Positions 43,145 to 53,754 of a DNA stretch of 64,000 nucleotides are shown piece after piece (position 1 is the first letter of the stretch; each line of letters begins with the position of its first letter). The notes beneath the pieces are model-generated. The model saw only the letters and a list, made by a program, of their open reading frames with translations. It searched no databases and was not told the DNA's origin. The DNA comes from Tubulanus polymorphus. Lineage: Eukaryota; Animalia; Nemertea. The translations under genes and the position numbers were made by a program. Location: positions 9,760,850-9,824,849 of the forward strand of contig NC_134029.1 in NCBI RefSeq assembly GCF_964204645.1, read 5' to 3'.

Positions 43145-43703
43145 TGTATCAATTGGCACATGCTTTTGTTACGACCCGTTTGGACTTTAACAATGGAATA
43201 CTTGCTGGTCTAACGTCGTAAATCACTTGCACCTTTGCAGCGTGTGCAAAATTCTGCAGCTCGAGTTGTCTGCAGAGTTAGCAAATATGAAAACATAACC
43301 CAGATTCTGCAGAAACTCCATTGGTTACCAATCGCTCAAAGGATTGATTTTAATATCCTGCTACAGGTCTTAAAATGTGTTCATGGCGTGGCACCTAAAT
43401 ATTTGCAGGGACTTGTTGTGGTCAAGTCAAGTGTGAGGACTACCAGATCTACAGACTCAAATTTTGTAGTTGCCAGAGAACCCGGACCAATGTTGGTGAT
43501 CGTAGTTTCTCTACTTATGGTGCAACCATCTGAACCAGTTACCATCAGATATCAGATTAGTTGATGGCATCGTCTCATCTTTAAAAGCTTAGTTAAAACA
43601 TTGTTATTCCGTAGAGCGTTCTGAGAGACAATGCAGCGAGCGAAGATTCTTTTTCTCGGAATGGTGCTGTATTAGAACTTATTATTATATTATTATTATT
43701 ATC
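43145..43703 (+). mobile_element. 5'-truncated L2/CR1-group LINE 3' end
   Basis: HAFVTTRLDFNNGILAGL, then (frameshifted) LQRVQNSAARVV...HWLPIAQRIDFNILLQVLKCVHGVAPKYL, typical of the L2-clade ORF2 C-terminus; (ATT)n tail at about 43680-43703. Confidence 0.9.
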
Positions 43704-44324
43704 ATATTTTACGCAGATCGGTTGCGACACTTCGAACATATTGTAAGTCGGCGTCATATACGAATCGGTCAGTCAACTTTGCAGCGTCTGCGGAGAATTT
43801 GATATCGATCAGTATGCACAATCAACCGAAACTAGTATTTATTTCCTTCGTTTGCTATTGATTGAATAGCTAGATATAATACCGGCTGGGCAGACCCCTT
43901 AACCTGCGTGTCGGTAGGTGGTATTTTAAGGTGGTTTACCTTCGGGAATATCTGGATGAACGGAGCTCACTTTGTCAGCGGTGAACATCGGCGTGGATAA
44001 TCCGCGGCGACCGCGTATTGCTTCTGTTATAAATCCTCTTAAAATCCGCCACCAGGAAAGTCTACGTTCCGATATACAAGACGACACCACGCCGGAAAGC
44101 CAAGAAACGTGATGGGATACAGTGGCTATTTTATGAGTTGCATCAGTTTCATATGTGGTCGGCTTTCTCAAGAGATTTATGCGTGCATACGTGAGCAAAA
44201 TATGACACCTAATGCCAGTGACTTATCTGACCATTACATATTGTTTCAATATCTATTGATTGTGTTGGGTGGTGTTCGTTTAATTTACACAATACCGCAT
44301 TGAGGGGCATATAATATATGCTGT

Positions 44325-44391
44325 GTCATTTGGAAGCAAAAGAAATATTCGCTAATATTATAAGCGAATATTTCTTTTGCTCCCAAATGAC
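44325..44391. repeat. 67-nt near-perfect hairpin (29-bp arms)
   Basis: GTCATTTGGAAGCAAAAGAAATATTCGCT - 9-nt loop - AGCGAATATTTCTTTTGCTCCCAAATGAC, one mismatch. Confidence 0.9.
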
Positions 44392-44600
44392 TAATTCAGC
44401 TCAAAACTAAATTGAAACTCCTGATATCGATAAGTTTAAAGGAAAACACATACCTTACGCGTGGGGGGGGGGGGGTGTCTGAGTGTGTTACAGATTGTTA
44501 TATATGAGGGGAGGGTGTCTCAACATCCGTCACATAACAAAATGTTGGATTTCTCAGAAGACGAATCTCGAACCTTTTTGGAGTGAAACCTGGGCAGGAG

Positions 44601-44915
44601 CATCCTCCTTTGGCATCCGGCATCGAGATTGCCACGGTACGAAACCCTGCCACACTAGACCGAGTGCGCAGCTACACGCACAGCTTAGATGATGTCATTA
44701 TCAGCCAATTAGATATCCCGTTTTATTTTAGCCCGTGTTTTCCCATTTATAGTTCTTCCGTGAAATTTACCTAAGCGATTATACAACGAGCAATCTGATA
44801 GGTGCCGCAAGTTTTCGTGCGGCAAACCAGCGCACCCGGTCTACTGTGGCAGGGGTTCGTGCCGTGGCTGAGTGATGCGATGCCATCAGGTTCGAATCCC
44901 TGCCGTGGGAGGATG
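44601..44915. mobile_element. MITE copy A, 9-bp TSD (Mutator-like)
   Basis: CATCCTCC...GGAGGATG termini with long imperfect TIRs; flanks GGGCAGGAG (44592-44600) and GGACAGGAG (44916-44924). Confidence 0.8.
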
Positions 44916-45245
44916 GGACAGGAGCCATACAGGTCGACCTATACAAGGACTAATCATCACAGCACAAGGTTTCAAACTGGTATCGTTATAAGATTTTAGG
45001 AAATAATTTAGAGAGGGGTGTAACATTTGTTACGTAATAGTTTAGAGGGTCTGCCAAGATTTGTTACAGCTAGTGTATCAATATTTCCCACAAAATAGGT
45101 TACGAAATTTTTAAACAGCCCCTTACAACGCGTATTGATTGATTGATAAAGAATCACAATAAAATCATAACAGTCATATTTTTCAACCATTCATATTCTC
45201 ATCAAGGGTATATAGAGTATACGCGTGTTGGGTCCCGGCAGTTCT

Positions 45246-45926
45246 CATCCTCCCACGGCAGGGGTTCGAACCTGATGGCATCGCTACACTCAGCCACGGC
45301 ACGAACCCCTGCCACAGTAGACCGGGTGCGCAGGTACTAACATGCGCAGCTTTGCCCCAAGAAAGCTTGCGGCACCTATCAGATTGCTTATTGTTTAATC
45401 GATGAGGTAAATTTCACGGAAGAACTATAAATGGGAAAACTCTAAAATAAAACGGGATATCTGATTGGCTGATAATAGCCGCGATCACACGAGCATTTTT
45501 GGCCCGGGCCAAAGCCAAATTTGGCCCGGAACAACTCTTCACACGGGTGCCAAATGGGCCCAAGCCTGTTTGGCCCGGGCCAAATTTTGCCCGACCAAAA
45601 ACGTCGAACCAGGCCCGAGCCAAATTCTAGCACCAGACAAATGATTGCGATTGAATTGCAACTGGCACCAGAAATGACCCACTTCGCTTTGTTTGAGCAT
45701 TGTTTAGTATCGAGTAAATTGTTTGCGTGTGAACGCGCTCTCCAATTAGGCACGGGCCAAATTTGGCCCGAGCCTGATCCGTGCCAATTTGGCCCGGGCC
45801 AAATCGTCTCTGTGTGATCGCGGCTAATGACATCATCTAAGCTGCGCACTCGGTCTAGTGTGGCAGGGTTTCGTACCGTGGCAATCTCGATGCCATCAGG
45901 TGTTCGAATCCCTGCCGGGGAGGATG
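45246..45926. mobile_element. MITE copy B (inverted relative to A), 9-bp TSD, with a nested insertion
   Basis: Reverse complement of copy A along its length; flanks GGCAGTTCT (45237-45245) and GGCAGCTCT (45927-45935). Confidence 0.85.
45477..45825. mobile_element. Nested PIF/Harbinger-like MITE
   Basis: 14-bp perfect TIRs AGCCGCGATCACAC/GTGTGATCGCGGCT, 3-bp AAT duplication (the empty site is visible in copy A), multiple TTTGGCCCGGGCCAAA palindromes inside. Confidence 0.9.
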
Positions 45927-47656
45927 GGCAGCTCTCTTAATGCTGTATGTCAGCATGTATTCAAAACAATTCACTTGATATTGAGCGCTACTTTATCGAT
46001 TCTTACGCATCGATAGATGGAATACTAACTCTTGATTTACTAGATCTTACGAATTTCTTTACGGCGTAAAGTAGGCAATTAGAGAAGTAATTAAACAAAT
46101 AGCCCACTTGATTCAGTTGTAAAACACAGGCATTTATTGGTCTCAAAAGAATTATCCTTCGACTTCATCTATCATTCGAATGGTGGCAATTAGTCAGCGT
46201 CGCGATTTGACACAAGAACGACCTTCACCTTTTACCGCGTGGGAATTCGATATAAAAGCAATATGTTGTAATCAGTAGCGAATGCAGTGGGTGGCTGAGG
46301 GGTCTGCATCCTCCTTTTTGGACGAGTGGTCTTTATCGGAAACTTGAGAAGTGAACAATTTTCACTACCGGTTACGTTCAACGATATCTTTGTCCGTGTA
46401 GTATGTAGGAGGTCTTATTTTGATATATAGATTCCACACACATGGGAGAAAATTTCATTACTACTTATTTAGGTATTTCTAATTTTTTCAGTCTATCGGA
46501 TAACTTTCATATATACTATTTGTAGTTCCATAATCAAATCTGTAGGAAATAATCAAATCAGATAATATCAGAGATCAGCGTCAATATAGCAATTTAGGGA
46601 ACTGCCAGTTTTTGTATTCTTTATTAATACTGCAAATTGTAGCATTGTTTGTTTTGTATTTAAGGTGCATTTTGCCTACTACTGATTCACACGTTCTACC
46701 ATACGGAAGTGTTCTGGGACATTAAAAAGAATTGTTTTTCTCCATTTCTCAATTCATAAATCGAACGTAAATCTATTTTTCTTAATTGAAAAATCGTACG
46801 TATTTTAAGAAGAATTGTTTAAATACGAAAATATGGCCCTGGGACCGCAGCGATTTATGCTTTGGAGTATTTTTATGATTTAATGAGATTGGAAAAAGAT
46901 TTAGATTTTCTTGACGGTAAATGGGAAAAGTTGTATTAATGACTATGTAATTGTAGTAGTTTCTTAATGCCCCGCATTTTGGATAGAAAAAGTGCCTTTT
47001 TTCACCTTCACCCTCTAAAAATTCCTGGATATTATGCATTGACGTATGAACTAGATACTTTTATCTAGTTTATTCATTCATGTCTTCATAAGTAGGTCTG
47101 TGTTTAACTTTGTGATAAGGAACTTATCCCAACGATAATTTGGAACACCCGGGGTGTTCCGAGTTTCGAATGCACGCATGCCAATTTAATATGTGCGAAT
47201 ATTTCAAAATAACATGCCTACACGACACAAGAAATGTCGTATGCTTCTACAAATCATCAATTATGTATTTTTGCCCGTACAAACTACATAGTACGGAAAA
47301 ACTGAAGATGATTCAAATATTAACAAACTTTTGTAAATCTAGAACATTCAAGCCACCAATTAGGATGACTTCCTTTTACTTATCAATCTGGGCACATCTC
47401 CACTGGTATGTTTTTGCTAGTTGAAACTCCCAGTTAATAAATAATCAGTACATTTTGAATTATTACAACTCAGGAACTGAATTCAACTGAAGACTGTAAA
47501 ACTGGGTCCCAATTAGATTTGATTATTTTGATAACCCTGCGAATCTTTGACGATCTATTTACGTATTAGTCGATGCCTCTGCACGCTCGAGTGTCTTCTT
47601 TCTAAACCGGTAAACATATCACTTTCATTTACTACGTTGTTCGTTTTATTTTGCAG

Positions 47657-47723
47657 ATAGGCACCGTTCCCAACAGAGAGATAGAATCCCTAGCTACTGC
47701 TTTTAAACAAATAAAATATCAAG
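47657..47723 (+). CDS. CARP exon: IGTVPNREIESLATAFKQIKYQ(G)
   Basis: ttttgcag acceptor, CAAG|gtaatc donor, 67 nt, phase 0/1; bridges the flanking exons in frame. Confidence 0.9.
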
Positions 47724-48180
47724 GTAATCGTCAGACATCGCCTCTCGGTAGTCTTCCCCAATTCAATATTCAGTCGATGATTTGGAAATACAATAATGGA
47801 CTCTGCATACATATCAACACGTATAAACTCGTAGTCACGTTTTATTTTGATTGGCGTTCGGTAGATTTCTCAAAATCATCGCGAATATTAAGTAAACAAT
47901 TATTTCTACTTTGAACTATTGGATTATGCCGGAGTAACGAATCGGTGCAATCATCGCGATAGAATTTCAAATCTGAGTTTATTCTTGGCGTAGATTTCCC
48001 AAGTTTTAAATAGAAATTTTAAGCAAGAGGTGAAAAATCCAGATATTTTTCCAGAACAGGGTTCATTCATTTAAAATCACGCTTATATAAAGATCTAATG
48101 TACTTTAGTACATATTACTTTTGGTGAAATTTTTTCATCGAAAATAATAGCCGTTCATGCATTCATGTTCAATTTTTCAG

Positions 48181-48335
48181 GGTTGGCGGTCCCTATTAGC
48201 CAATTTTCTATACCAGATTTACTTCCTAATACTCCGCACTATATGACGTACGACGGTTCGTTGACCGCTCCGGGATGCGAGGAAACAGTGACGTGGATTA
48301 TAATCAACAAACCTCTCTACGTTACTGATGAAATA
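48181..48335 (+). CDS. CARP exon: LAVPISQFSIPDLLPNTPHYMTYDGSLTAPGCEETVTWIIINKPLYVTDEI
   Basis: ttttcag acceptor, ATA|gtaagt donor, 155 nt, phase 1/0; YxGSLTxPxCxExVTW alpha-CA motif. Confidence 0.97.
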
Positions 48336-48617
48336 GTAAGTTTATTTGGTGGGTTCTATCTAATCGGTAATTTTCATTAGTTTGAATACAAACTTGGAAT
48401 CAGATTATTTTAGTTCAGTATTATCAGTACATCCAATCCAAATAAAGAAACAACAGTAGAACTGGATCGAGGTAGTGGTTTTCTAGGTCCGATGTTTAAA
48501 TCAAGTCAATTAACACCCGGTTAAAGATAAAAGTATTCTAAAGAAACTGGCCCCATGTATGGTGTTCAACCCAAGAAGGCCTTTTGCCGGCGGATATTTT
48601 ACTAATGATAACCGAGC

Positions 48618-48742
48618 GGCCGGTTCCATAGTCATGGCTTAGACGTAAGACAAGTCTAAGACTAACTTCGTTCTATAGCCAATCTAACAACTTCAGTCTT
48701 TAACGCCACTTTTGGAATTAAGTCTCAACTATGGAACCTGCC
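48618..48742. mobile_element. Small MITE (Harbinger-like termini)
   Basis: GGCCGGTTCCATAGT / ACTATGGAACCTGCC 15-bp TIR with one mismatch; TSD unclear. Confidence 0.6.
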
Positions 48743-48947
48743 CTTGGATCTTAGAAATTTTTCGAAATGATAAAGAAACTGCGGGTAAAAAAACTTTCAA
48801 ATGTCACAGGTCTGCGCTGCTTGAAGATAAATCCCCACGGACACGCGAGGTTTCGTCATTATTTCGCTTGACCAGATTAACTTCAAATCACGAGAATCAT
48901 TCTAACATGAACGTAATGTGTAAGTGAATGTCATTTTATCGTTACAG

Positions 48948-49076
48948 ATGTCGATATTTCGATCGCTAATGCGAGGTACTGAAGATACTCCGAGAGGTTT
49001 GATGGAAAATAATTTTCGGCCTACTCAGCGTCACGAAGGGCGTTCGGTTCGAACGAACGTCAATGTAGGAAAATCT
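48948..49076 (+). CDS. CARP exon: MSIFRSLMRGTEDTPRGLMENNFRPTQRHEGRSVRTNVNVGKS
   Basis: ttacag acceptor, TCT|gtaagt donor, 129 nt, phase 0/0; NFRPxQ...R.VRTN motif. Confidence 0.96.
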
Positions 49077-49853
49077 GTAAGTATACGTACCACACAACAA
49101 GGGTCTTACAATAGAAATAATTTGAAGTCGTTAGATTTCAAGAGTTGTCGTTACAACTATTTTAAAACTTAAATCTTAAAATGATAGTCTCAAAGTAGAG
49201 TTTTTTCCAAGACAAGTTTAAATAGTGGCTCATTTACTCAAATTTCGATATTTCAATATACACTGCACTGCATTCCGTGTGTTTTCTGAAATGAAATGAG
49301 GAAAAGATATTCCCTTTGCGTCTGTATAGCAGAAGACAGGAACGAGAAAGACACTCGAAGCGTTAAAGATTGTTTATCTCAAAGAGCCGTGGTCTCGGTG
49401 GTCATCAAAAGAAGTTTTTCTTTCGCCTGCATGGCATACGAAATACGATCTTAACCGTATTCCCCTCGAGTGCAGATGATCACTAGCAACCACGTGACCA
49501 TCGCGGTGCTGTTAAATACAGCCACGCCTTTTTCGTGTTGGCGACAAGAAACGTGGCAGAAAACATGTTTTCATCAATCCCCAAATTGACATTATAGGCT
49601 GAATGAAATAGGTTACGTTTCTCGACGTTATGACACCAGCAATGCTTCGCCCATCTTTCTGTTTGTAACTTTTAACGTTCATTTGTGGACTTTCTTTCTC
49701 AGTGCGTTACCTATGAGTATCCGTTGGTTGCAAAAGTAACTACGTAAATTAATGAATATATAGGATGATCAAAAAAACGAATAAACCATTACCACACGTA
49801 GCCTACTTTGTAGAAACATCTTTATTAGTTTTGGTACTATCTATACTTTGCAG

Positions 49854-49893
49854 AGCCCACTGTGCAGTGTAAAAAAGGAAACGTATTACCAAG
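49854..49893 (+). CDS. CARP micro-exon: SPLCSVKKETYYQ(A)
   Basis: tttgcag acceptor, CAAG|gtgagt donor, 40 nt, phase 0/1; resembles the C-terminal C...Y.(V/A)N segment of CA10-like proteins. Confidence 0.8.
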
Positions 49894-50117
49894 GTGAGTC
49901 GGAGGTTGTACTCATTTAACCCGTAAACCATAAAGTGATGTACACTGCACGACACTGACCTGCCGAGCAATTTGTTTCCGTACAGTCAGTTGCACGCGCC
50001 CCGCCACTCCTGTATATACACACTTAGCGGCGTTCATGTAATTATTCACGAGGTTGTGTCTCTATAAAAGTTCATTATGTACGCGAATAATCATATGATG
50101 CACTATACTTTTTCCAG

Positions 50118-50140
50118 CCAATGTACCGGGACGAAACTGA
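50118..50140 (+). CDS. CARP terminal coding exon: (A)NVPGRN*
   Basis: tttttccag acceptor, phase 1, TGA at 50138-50140. Confidence 0.75.
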
Positions 50141-50291
50141 AGATCTGGGACAGTTGCATAAATACGAATCGATGTGGTTTGTCGGTGGATGCAGTATTGT
50201 GGTCCTATGGAAGTTATGAGTGTGAATGATAATGTATAATCATAACGAGAAGAAAGACAAGTCGGTAGACGGTAGAAACAACGGTAGAAAA

Positions 50292-50842
50292 CTGGGTTGT
50301 AGTCAAGAATTTCTTGGGGGAGGCAGGATCTTTGAGAAAGCGGAACTGCAACCTATCATTGTGGAAGCAGAACACGAGAGCTCCAAGGCACAACGCTGAT
50401 TACCTTGTAGACAATTTTGAAAAAAAAAACAGAGACGTATGGTGGTTGATTCGGGCCATATAAAAAATGACACTCGGTCTCCACCAATTTCTTTCTACAT
50501 TTTACACTTAAACGCCACGTTGAAACCAGTTTTTGGTATCTTTTGTTTAAACTTGTTTTTTTACTGGGCGTTAAAACTTGTTTTAACGTAGCGTTAAACA
50601 GAAAATGAGAAATTTAAAGCAAAATTGGTGGAGCTTGAATATTTTTTAAGGTGTGGTCCGAATCAGCCACCATACGAAATCAGCCGCCATAGAGACAAGA
50701 TGAGTTTCGAAAGGGTTTAAAGGATAAAACCGGCTTGTACCATTCACAGAATACTTTCTTGATTGTTTCAAAGCCCCCAAAAGCGGGATTCTTTATCTTT
50801 TTGGGGTTTGAACTTGGGGTTGACGTCCAGGCTACGCCCCTG
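50292..50842. mobile_element. Old hAT-like MITE in the putative CARP 3'UTR
   Basis: Right end GCTACGCCCCTG; left end CTGGGTTGTAGT is an 8/12 match to its reverse complement, followed by AATTTCTTGGGGG; TSD not clear. Confidence 0.4.
50436..50676. mobile_element. MITE nested in the putative CARP 3'UTR
   Basis: TIRs CGTATGGTGGTTGATTCGGGCCA / TGGTCCGAATCAGCCACCATACG (2 mismatches) plus internal inverted segments. Confidence 0.75.
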
Positions 50843-51674
50843 GAAAATGTGGATTAATATGTTAATTAAACCGGTGCTATCGATATATTGTGAGATTATT
50901 GCGAGATGATGTTGACAAATGGATTTGATAAACAGGCATTTCTAGATGTTGCAGTTGTTGGCGCGTCAGTCAATCTCAGGAGAACTGCTGGGGACTGCAT
51001 GATAGAAATCGAAAAATAACGCATTACAGCCTCTATAAACATTTAACAAGCTACAGGATGTAAAAATCTGGTTAATATGGTGTATGGGAGTGCTTGATTG
51101 GACAAAATGCGTGTATACGTCACGCGCATGGAATGGGAAAACGATGAACTGATGAACATGATTAAACTGCTTTTTAGAGCTGTCAGTGTGCTTCCGATTC
51201 AGATATTTAGTATTTTGGCTCTCCAGTTTCTTTTTCAAAATTACATCAAATCACAATGCAATAATGTCTTAATCTAATTCGGTTTTATTTATCATCCAAA
51301 CTTTGTGTAAATCGTTCAAAGGAAAAAGGTACAAAATCGCTTAAGGTATGGCGATCCTAAAGATAGAGCAATATTCAGTATACCGGGCACGTTTGTTCTT
51401 AATCATTGTCACGGAAGTTTATAGCCTTTTGGGATAATAATGTCGACTTAAATGCATTGCGCTGTTTATCGCGGCGAACCTCACAGCGGCATGTGTATAA
51501 ATAACTATATAGATACATGTACGTATATGAATAAAATAGATATCATATAAATAGCAATCATTTTATACACAATTTGCTTGTTTAGCGTGATGAGCTTGAG
51601 ATTGATAATTGATTTATTGTTTGCTTGATTACTGTGGTGACGATATCAATTGGAGGTATACAATAGCTTGTTAA

Positions 51675-51680
51675 AATAAA
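51675..51680 (+). promoter_or_regulatory. Candidate polyadenylation signal of the CARP gene
   Basis: AATAAA followed by a T-rich tract, about 1.5 kb after the stop; an alternative AATAAA lies at 51530-51535. Confidence 0.4.
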
Positions 51681-52656
51681 GTATGTTTTTTTCTACTTAT
51701 ATCAACTCGGTGCTTTCATTGATTGTTTGGGTAAAAATTGTCATATCATTTTCATTTCTGAACGGCGGTCATTTCTGAAAGGTTCCTGAACTGATTAAGT
51801 TCAAAATTATACCTTTGATAACCAACGTTTCCTCGCATCAAGGAGTGCCCAGTTTTGCTGAAATGAAGAAATTCAACGATAGGAGTAGCTGATTTCTTAG
51901 AACTGTCGCCGTCACGATCGGAATAGTGCGATTGTGTATTATAGAATTATACGGTTTGACGCCTGGGCAAGCCTTGGCCAGGTTGTGTTTGGTTATTCGC
52001 TCTGGCTTATTATCATTTTCATGGGTTTATATAACCTGCCTCTAGTTTGTAAGAGCAGACACATTTATATCAGCCCGTTGAAGAGAACACTGTTTGTGTA
52101 GTGCTTGCTGTCCCCGGGGAAAGTTTTAACCAACTCGCTCTATTTTGTATCAGAAATAATTCTAGTTCTCAATCTTTTGATTAGAACTTTACTCAGTACA
52201 TAAAATATCCCAGGAAAAAGGTTTAATTCGCGATATTTATTATATATTCACATTCTTCTCTTGTCTGCCAAGCTGATATTGTGTAGGTTTCTTTCGTGTT
52301 TTAGAACGTTTTTACTAGGACCAGCGACATTGTTATCGCATTCCAGTTAGAGATCCGTACGAAATTATCCGCTCTAGCTACGTGAATATGTCGGAAATTT
52401 ATCACGTCGTCAGCCGGAAGTCTAGGCGAAGTTCAATTCGGATTATTCGATGGATGTGCGATACGAATAATTCGACGTGAAGAACCGAGAATTGTGTCTT
52501 ATCCCGTTTTGTGACGTTGAACCTCTTTAAATCGATATATTTGTAATCTATATCGTGTCGATGGATTTCGTTTTTGTTGTTAATTCGGAACGAAATTTTT
52601 CGTTTGTTCTTTTTTGGTTTTTGGAGATTATTCGAACCATCGTGACAGTTGCAGGT

Positions 52657-52694
52657 TTTATTCCTGAAGATGACTGGTCGAAACGTTGAATAAA
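52657..52694 (+). ncRNA. Minimal type I hammerhead ribozyme motif in a Penelope-like pLTR remnant
   Basis: Stem I TTTATTC/GAATAAA (7 bp), core CTGAAGA (52664-52670), short stem II (GAC-TG-GTC), GAAA (52680-52683), palindromic AACGTT; predicted cleavage after 52687. Confidence 0.65.
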
Positions 52695-52841
52695 CTAGTA
52701 GCTTCAGTAACATTTTCGGACTGTTTTTTCGTTATTATTGTGGGATTCTCTCTACATCGCTTCAACACGGATATAGTGTTTTACCATTCGTGAAGTTGCA
52801 GTTTATCTACTATAGGCGGCCTTCCCTTTCATAGACATATT

Positions 52842-53005
52842 CAGTTGAATCTCGTTAATACGAATCTTGTGGGTAAAGTGAAATTTTCGTATGAAACGGG
52901 TTTCTGTTATCCAAATCCTAATTGACATAAATATATTCATGCTGGAAATCATCGTAATAAACGGGTTTCGTCTTTAACAGAATCGTAATGACGAGGTTCA
53001 ACTTG
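52842..53005. mobile_element. Degenerate Tc1/pogo-like MITE
   Basis: CAGTTGAATCTCGTTAATACGA ... TCGTAATGACGAGGTTCAACT(T)G imperfect TIRs. Confidence 0.55.
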
Positions 53006-53754
53006 ACAATTAACTCACATGCCTGCTCCACGCACTTGATCAGCCCTGGGACATTGGAGTCGCAATTCTTATGCTCCAAGCCTGGATGTCAAAACATATC
53101 TATTGCCATCACCGGGCTCAGATGTCTTTGTTTTCGCGAAGTGTTTGTCGAAGCACGAGTCTCGTGGTTCGAGAAGCGTGTCGGTTCAAACATAAAGATA
53201 TAATTAGGCACGGCCCGGGGGACGCCGAGTCATGGTCAGATAACGACGTCTACGTATCACAGCCACAGATACGATGGATCTTGATACGGATGGAATCTTC
53301 TGATGGAAAAGGAAGAGACGTTTATTCAGAATGGCTCGTTACTGGCAAGTCAATTGTGAGTTTGCGTGGCTTCGCTTCTGCTCGGATAAATCCGGGAAGC
53401 TTTCTTGTCGAGCGCATGGAACTTATCGATACATTATGGCGACAAAATAGCTATGCATGTTATTATTCGTAAGAATTCAGGCGAATACAACCTGATTATA
53501 CATGCACCACGGATGATGGACGTCGGTCGACGCGTAGAGTTAGTGGCTCTATTAAACAAAAACTTGTACATAACCTGTTTCTGGGTTCTTCACATGAAAA
53601 GAATATCCCCGAATAATTTTGATAGTCATATATTCTAATTGATATAGCCGAAGAACTTGCATTAATAATCTACATTCACCATTGATAAAACACTATATCC
53701 GTGTTGTGTCGACAATGTAACGAGAATGCCACAATGACGACGAAAGACAAAGGA

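Noticed and set aside
45414-45849. Four overlapping ORFs with FGPGQ repeats
   Set aside because: By-product of the GC-rich palindromes of the nested MITE; no splice or homology support.
25671-47660. Second AG four bases downstream of three CARP acceptors (25680, 37570, 47660)
   Set aside because: Using them would shift the frame for the internal exons; probably coincidental codon content, with no evidence of regulated use.
53036-53472. 133-aa ORF on +, and an HPG...PG...C stretch on - as a gypsy integrase remnant
   Set aside because: No recognisable domain on +; the resemblance on - is too weak to call without a profile search.
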